Below the pieces are notes generated by a model. That model saw only the letters and a list, made by a program, of their open reading frames with translations. It was not told the DNA's origin and made no database searches. 64,000 bases of DNA from assembly GCA_937952315.1 (NCBI GenBank), contig CALFZX010000016.1, positions 78,969 through 142,968 of the forward strand, written 5' to 3'. This stretch comes from an uncultured bacterium (GTDB taxonomy: Bacteria > Patescibacteriota > Minisyncoccia > CAIUEV01). The position numbers were made by a program, and so were the translations under genes. Within the stretch, counting starts at the first letter, position 1; each line of letters begins with the position of its first letter. Shown one piece after another: positions 10,033-17,162 of this stretch.

Positions 10033-11304
10033 ATGGAAAATAAAAAAATAAAGGTAATTACTGCCGATTGGGAAAGACCTGAAGCGTTTTTGCTTTCGGA
10101 CTATATTGTCGGCGGTGGTTTCTCCGTACTAAAAAAAATCATCAAAGGAGAAATTTCCGTCGCTGATGTGATCGAAGAATTGGAGCAGAGCGGATTAAGA
10201 GGGCGCGGGGGATCCGGCTTCCTCTTAGGGCTTAAATGGAAATTGGGACGGGAATATTCTCTGTCGGCCAAAAAATTTATTTTTCCGGCTCGATCCTCGG
10301 CCTATTTTATTTGTAATGCCGACGAGTCGGAGCCGGGAACTTATAAAGATCGTGCTATTTTGGAAAATAATCCCTATCCGGTTTTTGAGTCTATTATTGT
10401 CGGTTCTTATATTCTAGGAGCCAGCGAATCGTTTATTTATCTTAACGGGAACTACAAAGAAACGGCGGTTAAACTGAAGAAAACTATTTCGGAGCTAAAA
10501 AAGGCCGGCTGGTTGGGAAAAAATATTCAAGGAAGTGATTTTTCTTTAAAGATAAAGCTTTTTCAAGGAGCGGGTAGCTATGTCTGCGGAGAAGAGACGG
10601 CTTTAATCAACTCAATTGAAGGTAAAAGAGGCGAACCGAGGTTAAGACCTCCCTATCCGGTCGAGTCCGGTCTTTTCGGCCGTCCAACAGTGGTAAATAA
10701 TGTTGAAACATTAGCTAGCGTGCCATTCATTCTTCAGCACGGAGCGAGTAAATTTAAGAGTTTAAGCCGAAGCCAAGAAAGTTTTGGCACCAAGATCTTT
10801 TTACTGAACGGTCCGGTGAAAAAGCCAGGTCTTCATGAAGCGCCTCTGGGAATTACGATTAAAAAACTGATAGAGAAATTCGGAGGTGGCTTAAATACGA
10901 ATAAAAAAATAAAATTTGCTCAGGTTGGCGGATCCGGCGGGTCAATAATTATGCCTTCCGATTTTGATAAGCCGCTCGGTTTTTCCAAGGAGGAGATCCC
11001 GGCCGGTTCAGGTGCGATCCTCTTGGTTGAAGAAGGCTTCGATGTTCGAAAATTGATTTCTGCTTGGTCTGGTTTCTTTCGACGAGAATCGTGTGGCCAA
11101 TGTGTGCCTTGTCGAGAAGGGACTTATCAACTTTCGCTTTTGGCACAAAAATTGGCCAAAGGAAAACTCAATAAGAACGATCAAGAGAAGATTAAAGATA
11201 TTATTTTTACGATGGAAAGAGCTTCTTTTTGCGCCTTTGGAAATTTTGCGGTAAAGGGTTGGAAGGGAGTAATGGATAATTTAGTCGATGAGATTATCGA
11301 ATAA
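10033..11304 (+). CDS. NuoF/HydB-like NADH/FMN-binding flavoprotein subunit with one 4Fe-4S cluster
   Basis: GLRGRGGSGF, CNADESEPGTYKDR, GAGSYVCGEETAL, NNVET, SCGQCVPCREG...FCAFG. No extra ferredoxin domains. Confidence 0.93.
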   Translation: MENKKIKVITADWERPEAFLLSDYIVGGGFSVLKKIIKGEISVADVIEELEQSGLRGRGGSGFLLGLKWKLGREYSLSAKKFIFPARSSAYFICNADESEPGTYKDRAILENNPYPVFESIIVGSYILGASESFIYLNGNYKETAVKLKKTISELKKAGWLGKNIQGSDFSLKIKLFQGAGSYVCGEETALINSIEGKRGEPRLRPPYPVESGLFGRPTVVNNVETLASVPFILQHGASKFKSLSRSQESFGTKIFLLNGPVKKPGLHEAPLGITIKKLIEKFGGGLNTNKKIKFAQVGGSGGSIIMPSDFDKPLGFSKEEIPAGSGAILLVEEGFDVRKLISAWSGFFRRESCGQCVPCREGTYQLSLLAQKLAKGKLNKNDQEKIKDIIFTMERASFCAFGNFAVKGWKGVMDNLVDEIIE

Positions 11305-11313
11305 AGTTTTAAG

Positions 11314-11766
11314 ATGGCAACACTATTAAGAAATAAAAGGGCTCTGTTTGACTATGAAATCCTGGAAACTTTTCGAGCCGGGATTTTTTTGGCGGGTAAA
11401 GAGGTCAAGTCGCTTAAAAACAAAAGAGGCAGACTGGAGGGATCGTATGCGCATATCCAGCGAGAAGAGCTTTATTTGATCAATTTTTCTATTCCGGTTT
11501 ATCAACCTAAGAATGTTCTAGGACAAGTGGAAAGTGATCGAACGCGAAAAATATTGCTCAGAAAAAAAGAAATAAAATCATTGATTGGAAAGATAAAAGA
11601 AAAGAAATTGACCCTCCTACCACTGAGAATTTTTACCGCCAAGGGAAAAATAAAAATTGAATTGGGATTGGGCAAAGGGAAAAGAAAAATTGACAAAAGA
11701 GAGACTATTAAGAAAAGAGAAAGCGACATTGAGATGGAAAGGGCAATGAAAAAATTAGCTTTTTAA
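11314..11766 (+). CDS. smpB: SsrA-binding protein
   Basis: NKRALFDYEILE, EVKSL, RKILL, GKGKRKIDKRE. Confidence 0.96.
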   Translation: MATLLRNKRALFDYEILETFRAGIFLAGKEVKSLKNKRGRLEGSYAHIQREELYLINFSIPVYQPKNVLGQVESDRTRKILLRKKEIKSLIGKIKEKKLTLLPLRIFTAKGKIKIELGLGKGKRKIDKRETIKKRESDIEMERAMKKLAF

Positions 11767-11788
11767 AGCAGTCCGGTTCACTTATTTT

Positions 11789-12874
11789 TTATTGTCTTTT
11801 ACATTTACCACCGGTGAAATTCTCTCCCGGCGGGCATTTGCACAAGCTACCGTCTTTAGTCCAATGACCTCCGGAATCTTCACACTTGGAGCGGGTTGTC
11901 ACCCCGCTATTATTTTTTTTGACAGGAGTGGAAGTCACCGGTTTTGTGGTTTTCGGTTGAGGAGCCGGTTCGTCTTCTTTTTTCACGGCAGAGCTTGTGG
12001 CTGTTTGATTATTAGTGTTTTCATTTTTTTCCGCTCCTACGGAAATAGATTCTTGATTGTCGAGATTGACATTTTGATTCTCGTTTTTAGTGTTGATATT
12101 GCTGTTTCCTTCTGGATTGGAATTTTCGTTAGCGGGATTGGCGTCTATCGGAGGAGTATCGGCAACTTCTACGGGTTCGGCCGGCTTATCTTCGGAGGAA
12201 GAAAAAGAATCCCTGAGAGGAGAAGTGAAATCTTTCTCTTCAAAAGCTACCACTTTTTTTTCTAACGGATTGATAATAATTTTTTCGTTCTCCCCCGCCT
12301 CTTGAGAACTCTTATCTTTATAGTTAACTTTCACCTTTCCTTTAAAAACATAAATCGTGCTATCTTTCTCCTCTACTTTAACAACTAAATCGGTTCCCAG
12401 GACGGAGATCTCGCCATCGCTTAAAATTATTTTAAAAGCTTTTCTTTTATCATTCTTTTCAACTAAATAGCGGACTTCTCCATCGGTTTGGGACCAAGAA
12501 ATTTCCCCTTGATTTTTAAGGAGAATCAGTCGGGCGAAATTACCCATAGTTATTGTGCTACCGTCATTGGAACTTATCTTAGCCTTTCCGTCGGCCAAAG
12601 TTCTCATTTCATAAGCGATTTTTCCTTCCAAGGGCAGTTTTTCCGGCTCCATCCATGAATTTTGGCTACTGTCTCTATACTCAAGCCCTCCCTCTTTTTC
12701 GGTAACTTTTACAGGGTATTCTTCCCCCAGAGAACTAAAATAAAAGCTAAGACCGAATCCGCCGGCGGCTAAAATAATCAAATACAAAAACCAACGAAGT
12801 GACTTTCGTTGATTCAAGGCCGTACGATTGTTGGTCTGATTTGGATAAGAATAGGGGCTATAAGCGTTAATCAT
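11789..12874 (-). CDS. Membrane-anchored FecR-like-domain protein with low-complexity linker and Cys-rich C-terminus
   Basis: Single TM, beta-rich domain with RT..DG.A...DGS and VLGT motifs, N/P/T-rich linker, CEDSGGHW...CKCPPG...GKC end. ATG 12874 preferred over the track start 12928. Confidence 0.65.
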   Translation of the reverse strand: MINAYSPYSYPNQTNNRTALNQRKSLRWFLYLIILAAGGFGLSFYFSSLGEEYPVKVTEKEGGLEYRDSSQNSWMEPEKLPLEGKIAYEMRTLADGKAKISSNDGSTITMGNFARLILLKNQGEISWSQTDGEVRYLVEKNDKRKAFKIILSDGEISVLGTDLVVKVEEKDSTIYVFKGKVKVNYKDKSSQEAGENEKIIINPLEKKVVAFEEKDFTSPLRDSFSSSEDKPAEPVEVADTPPIDANPANENSNPEGNSNINTKNENQNVNLDNQESISVGAEKNENTNNQTATSSAVKKEDEPAPQPKTTKPVTSTPVKKNNSGVTTRSKCEDSGGHWTKDGSLCKCPPGENFTGGKCKRQ

Positions 12875-12905
12875 TTTTAAGCTTTTAGAAAAAAATATAA
12901 AGCAA

Positions 12906-13316
12906 TTAAGATTTTCCGCTTGTATCAAGAGTCTCTGCCAAATTTTCTATTTCCGAAGCCGATAAGCCTTTTTTGACTACCATGACTAGATCGTCCTTTG
13001 AATTCTTTGAAATCTGAGCATTCTTGGGAAAAATTTTCTCAAGCCTTCTCCAAATATAAAGCTTGGGCTTAGAAAGATAAAGTAATACGCTACCGCAAAA
13101 AGCTACCAAGCTTTGGTTGTAGGGACGAACAAAAGCAAAAGACGCGGAAATCCCCATGATTATAATTCCGACAAAAACAAAAACCTGAAATTCGATCAGC
13201 TTCCAAAGAAGCAAGCAAATCCCTCCCCCACCGCCAAGCCAGCCAAGTTGCTTGACGGTAAGGGGGCCAACTATTCTATCTTCAATATCGACATCTTTGG
13301 GAACTTTGAATCTCAT
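12906..13316 (-). CDS. PrgI-family (VirB3-like) membrane protein
   Basis: FKVPKDVDIEDRIVGPLTVKQ, two TM helices, P..YIWRR. Confidence 0.8.
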   Translation of the reverse strand: MRFKVPKDVDIEDRIVGPLTVKQLGWLGGGGGICLLLWKLIEFQVFVFVGIIIMGISASFAFVRPYNQSLVAFCGSVLLYLSKPKLYIWRRLEKIFPKNAQISKNSKDDLVMVVKKGLSASEIENLAETLDTSGKS

Positions 13317-13368
13317 GGATTTTTTATTTTTAATTTTTGCTCATACTTGCTTGGCTCAAAAAGCTTTT

Positions 13369-14043
13369 CTACTGTTGAGGCTTGTTCTCTTCAGGGGCTT
13401 TGCCACTAGCTTGTTCCTGCTTGTATCTGGTTATGGCATCTGTTACTTTTGAATCGTTTTTAAGATCCTCGACAAAAACCACCTGATCTTTGTTGATCAT
13501 CATTCTGTCTTCCGGACCGTGGAGTTCATTGCCAAGCTTGACTAAGGAAAGCTCGGTTTTTTGTTCTTGCTGTTTAGCAGTGTTCGTGTTATCGTTATCG
13601 TTTCCTTCCGATTGTTGCAAAACCGGTTTAACTTGTAGGTAGTAGATGTCGGAGAGTCCAATGTAAGAAGGGTCATGAAAATCAATTCTACCGAAGTAGA
13701 CTTGACCGTTTGTTAAAAAAACAGCTTGATATTTTGCTGGGTCTATCTTCATTGAATCGTTGCCCGATCCGCCGGTGACAATCTTTTCTCTTTCGATTAT
13801 TCTTTCGCCACCAACTCCGTTCGTCCCCTTCATTTCTTTAACAATCATGAAGACGATACCGGCTACGACGGCCAAACCGATCAAAATTACCAAGCCCCAA
13901 AGAACGCCTTTTTTACCTTCACCGTTGGATCGAGAGCTTCTTCTGGGGGCAACATCCCAATCGTCATCTTCTCTCGGACGACGACTTTCTCCAGTTCTTT
14001 CCAGAAAGGAGTCAATCTTATGATCTTTTTCTTCGTTTCTCAT
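13369..14043 (-). CDS. Single-TM conserved hypothetical protein (possible Sm/Hfq-like domain)
   Basis: TM followed by YQAVFLTNGQVYFG...LSDIYYL...LVKLGNELHGPEDRMMINKDQVVFVE. ATG 14043 preferred. Confidence 0.65.
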   Translation of the reverse strand: MRNEEKDHKIDSFLERTGESRRPREDDDWDVAPRRSSRSNGEGKKGVLWGLVILIGLAVVAGIVFMIVKEMKGTNGVGGERIIEREKIVTGGSGNDSMKIDPAKYQAVFLTNGQVYFGRIDFHDPSYIGLSDIYYLQVKPVLQQSEGNDNDNTNTAKQQEQKTELSLVKLGNELHGPEDRMMINKDQVVFVEDLKNDSKVTDAITRYKQEQASGKAPEENKPQQ

Positions 14044-14129
14044 TTTTTTTGATTTTTTAATTATTAAAAATGAAAGAACTCTGATAAACATTTTAAGCGA
14101 TTTTTTTGAAAAACAAAATTTAGCTAATT

Positions 14130-14717
14130 TTATTCGATACAACAATCTATAGCTTTTCTTAGCAGTTCTCTTAATTTCAATTTAAATCCGACCGGTTTTT
14201 TATCGTGTTTATTTAGAGCCGAGGCGGGAATTTTTTTTATGGCAGTACCTTTTTGGGTATTTTCCGCCATTGTTTTCTTAATGTCATTTGTGCCGATGAG
14301 TTTCATATTTAAAGCCCAGAACATTCCGTAAAGATCGTAAGCCTTATGAAAAAGATCTCTCGCATCTTCTTTATTCCCCATCCCTTGCTGTTTGGTGCCT
14401 ACTTCCATCAAGCGCATGGAGGCGGCTAAAAGATGCTTAGAAATACACCAAACTTCACCTTCGTATTCTTTAATGATTTTTTTGAGCAATTCGCCTCTCA
14501 TTTTTCTAACTTCCTGCAATAAATCAAAATATTCGTCTTTGCCGGTTTTTTCAGCGGTAAAAAAGAAATGCTCCTCAATGCTGATTAGATTCATGATTGC
14601 AATACTCAAATCTTGATCGGAAGAAAGATCCATTTTATCTTTTTTCTTCATCTCGTCTATTCTTTCGACAAATTTATTTAAGTTCTCGATCGGTCCCTTT
14701 TTTATATTTTCATTCAT
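14130..14717 (-). CDS. Hypothetical helical protein ending in DCCIE
   Basis: 195-aa ORF in a same-strand gene run; helical pattern, WCISKH, vicinal C-terminal cysteines. Confidence 0.7.
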   Translation of the reverse strand: MNENIKKGPIENLNKFVERIDEMKKKDKMDLSSDQDLSIAIMNLISIEEHFFFTAEKTGKDEYFDLLQEVRKMRGELLKKIIKEYEGEVWCISKHLLAASMRLMEVGTKQQGMGNKEDARDLFHKAYDLYGMFWALNMKLIGTNDIKKTMAENTQKGTAIKKIPASALNKHDKKPVGFKLKLRELLRKAIDCCIE

Positions 14718-14741
14718 GGAATTATTTTTTAGAGTAAAAAT

Positions 14742-16133
14742 TTATTCTTGAAGAGTAATGCCTAGTTCATCTAATTGATCGGGGACAACGACGGTTGGTC
14801 CGTCCATTAGGGGGTCTCTTCCCTCTCCTGTTTTGGGAAAAGCAATGGTTTCTCGAATATTCGGTTCATTTAGCAAGAGCATCATAATCCGGTCAAAGCC
14901 AAAGGCGATTCCCCCGTGAGGCGGAGTGCCCGATCCCAAAGCTTTGAGCATATGAGAAAAATTGTTTTCGATTTTTTCTTTTGAATAACCCATAATTTCA
15001 AAGACTTTTTGGAGAGCCTCGGGATTGTGGTTTCTTAATCCGCCGCCACCGATTTCATAGCCATTTAGAACAATATCGTACTGAGCTGCTTGAATATTTC
15101 CAATATTTTTCTTTTTGGCTAAGTCTTCCATCGAAGATTCTATCGGCGCGGAAAAGGGATTATGAGTGAAAGTCCAGCCGCCATCATCGTCTCTTTCAAA
15201 GAAAGGAAAATCGATTACCCAGCAAAAGGCTAAAAGGTCCGGGTCGGTTTTGTCTTCCCGTAAATCAGGTTTATCGGTCCCGTACTTCTTCATCGCTTCC
15301 TTAAAAGATAATCGGGGGAATGGCTCCGTTTGAATTTTTTTATTTGGAAAAACTGTCTTGACAAAAGCGATTAGCATATCTTCGCTAGTTTGCATTATTT
15401 TTTTTTGGTTTTCAAAACTTGTTTCTACATCAATTTGAGTGAATTCCGGCTGACGATCGCCTCTCGTGTCTTCGTCGCGGAAACAGCGAGCAATTTGAAA
15501 ATACTTTTCAAAACCGGCCGACATCAAGAACTGCTTATACTGTTGAGGTGATTGAGGCAAGGCGTAAAACTTTCCCGGGTCTATTCTTGCCGGCACTAAA
15601 AAATCTCTCGATCCTTCCGGTGTGGATTTGGTAAGACAAGGAGTTTCTATCTCGAGAAATCCGTTTTTCGAATAAAAATTCCTAACGAATTGCAAAGCTT
15701 CGTGTCTTTTAACCATATTATTTTTCATTCTTTCTCGGCGCAGATCAATATAGCGAAAACGCAAACGGATTTCCTCACTCACCTCTTTGCCGTCTCCCTC
15801 AACTTCAAAGGGGGGCGTTTCCGCTTTATTGAGAACGGATATTTGCAAAATTTCCAGTTCGATGTCACCGTTAAACTTGTCTTTCTGAACGGCTCTTTCC
15901 GGTCGAGGGTTGACTTTTCCTCTCACTTCCACTACCCATTCGGGGCGAACCTCCGAGCCTGTCGCATGCGCTTCATTGTTATTAGGCAAAATTACTCCTT
16001 GGACTTTGCCGGAGAAATCTCGAAAATCAAGAAAAATCAATTTTCCTTGATCTCTTCTAACATCGATCCAAGCGCTTATTTTTACTTCTTTCCCCAATGA
16101 TTCTTTAAGTTTTGCAATCGGAGTTCTTTCCAT
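14742..16133 (-). CDS. aspS: Aspartate--tRNA ligase (short form lacking GAD insertion domain)
   Basis: OB-fold N-terminus, STPEGSRDFLVP, LPQSPQ, CFRDEDTRGDRQPEFTQID, PPHGGIAFGFDR. Confidence 0.95.
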   Translation of the reverse strand: MERTPIAKLKESLGKEVKISAWIDVRRDQGKLIFLDFRDFSGKVQGVILPNNNEAHATGSEVRPEWVVEVRGKVNPRPERAVQKDKFNGDIELEILQISVLNKAETPPFEVEGDGKEVSEEIRLRFRYIDLRRERMKNNMVKRHEALQFVRNFYSKNGFLEIETPCLTKSTPEGSRDFLVPARIDPGKFYALPQSPQQYKQFLMSAGFEKYFQIARCFRDEDTRGDRQPEFTQIDVETSFENQKKIMQTSEDMLIAFVKTVFPNKKIQTEPFPRLSFKEAMKKYGTDKPDLREDKTDPDLLAFCWVIDFPFFERDDDGGWTFTHNPFSAPIESSMEDLAKKKNIGNIQAAQYDIVLNGYEIGGGGLRNHNPEALQKVFEIMGYSKEKIENNFSHMLKALGSGTPPHGGIAFGFDRIMMLLLNEPNIRETIAFPKTGEGRDPLMDGPTVVVPDQLDELGITLQE

Positions 16134-16221
16134 ATCAAAAATATTTTAGTTCTTTAAAAGCTGGCAATAGGATAGCAAAAAGATAAAAATGTGGCAAAAA
16201 ATCAAAAAATACCAAAATCAC

Positions 16222-16250
16222 TTGACTTTTCTGTAATCTTTCCATAATGT
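16222..16250 (+). promoter_or_regulatory. Candidate sigma70 promoter for the Ivy-like gene
   Basis: TTGACT-N17-TAATGT, about 50 bp upstream of the ATG. Confidence 0.45.
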
Positions 16251-16301
16251 TTAGCGTTCAAGTACTTTGCAAAATCTATATCAAGGAAGGAGAATGCTAT
16301 C

Positions 16302-16775
16302 ATGATTAAAACATTTTTTGTGCCTCTGCTTATCGGTTTGGCGTTGAGCAATGTTTTCGGCGCCGGTCCGGAGACGATTCCGATGGACGGACTAAAAACA
16401 TTTTCGGCCCAGGCCGCCTATCGCGAGTATCTCCAAAGCCTCAATGAGACTTACGGAGAATATAATCATGAAACTCTAAAAAGGCACCCCGAGATAACGG
16501 ATTCTATTCTGAGGGTCAAGCCGGATTTTAAGAAAAAGGACATCGCCACGGCTTTCCCCAATGTTTTTTTTAAAACGAAGGATGGCCGAATGCTGCTGAT
16601 TTTGAGAGGATGTACGCCGCACGATTGTGCCGGCACCGTCCATATCATCGCCTATGACACTCTCGCTCGAAAAGCCTATGTTCTGAGGGAGAAGTATGAT
16701 CGCGAGGCAGTGCAAATTTATGGCACTCCCGATCAGACAGTCAGGCAGGTTATGATCAATGTTTATCTGGAATAG
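16302..16775 (+). CDS. Secreted Ivy-like (lysozyme/lytic transglycosylase inhibitor) protein
   Basis: Signal peptide; GCTPHDCAG resembles the Ivy CKPHDC loop; AAGGAG Shine-Dalgarno; own terminator. Confidence 0.6.
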   Translation: MIKTFFVPLLIGLALSNVFGAGPETIPMDGLKTFSAQAAYREYLQSLNETYGEYNHETLKRHPEITDSILRVKPDFKKKDIATAFPNVFFKTKDGRMLLILRGCTPHDCAGTVHIIAYDTLARKAYVLREKYDREAVQIYGTPDQTVRQVMINVYLE

Positions 16776-16798
16776 TCGGCCATTTTCTCCCAAACAAC

Positions 16799-16828
16799 AA
16801 AAGACTCCCTTGAACCAGGAGTCTTTTT
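16799..16828. terminator. Bidirectional terminator between the Ivy-like gene and tRNA-Pro
   Basis: AAAAGACTCC-cttgaacca-GGAGTCTTTT. Confidence 0.8.
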
Positions 16829-16833
16829 AAATC

Positions 16834-16909
16834 TGGTCGGGATGCCGGGACTCGAACCCGGAGTCTCACGAACCCGAATCGTGCGCCTTACCAATTAGGC
16901 CACACCCCG
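16834..16909 (-). tRNA. tRNA-Pro(CGG), CCA encoded
   Basis: CGGGGTG acceptor stem, anticodon arm CACGA-TT-CGG-GT-TCGTG, GGTTCGAGTCC T-loop, ACCA end. Confidence 0.95.
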
Positions 16910-16912
16910 AGA

Positions 16913-17148
16913 TAATTTTCAATTTTCAAACAGTGATTAATTTATTAATGTCTCAATTTTTCAAAAAAAATCAGATATTGATTCGTGTTTGAAAATTAAA
17001 AAATTAAATCATTGAAAATTGTTTAGAAATTAGAAATTGAAAATTAAAAATTATATTCCTCCACCAGCTTATTAAAGACTAAATAAAACAAAACCGTCAA
17101 CTCTACCCTCACTATCTTTCATCTTTCATCTTTCAACTTTTAATTTTT
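16913..17148. repeat. AT-rich imperfect inverted repeat built from heptamers (16913-17046) plus tandem ATCTTTC heptamers (17114-17148)
   Basis: TAATTTTC-AATTTTC-AAACA versus TGTTTA-GAAATTA-GAAATTG-AAAATTA; ATCTTTC x3 plus two degenerate copies. Confidence 0.6.
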
Positions 17149-17162
17149 TAACTGTTCTCTCT

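Noticed and set aside
10033-11304. nuoF as evidence of respiratory complex I
   Set aside because: No other nuo gene in the window; a hydrogenase partner is the simpler explanation, though not proven.
16134-16909. Integrated island at tRNA-Pro
   Set aside because: No integrase, and I found no duplicated tRNA 3' end (att site).
17061-17068. E. coli Chi sequence GCTGGTGG on the minus strand
   Set aside because: A single noticed occurrence; Chi sequences are lineage-specific, so this is probably chance.
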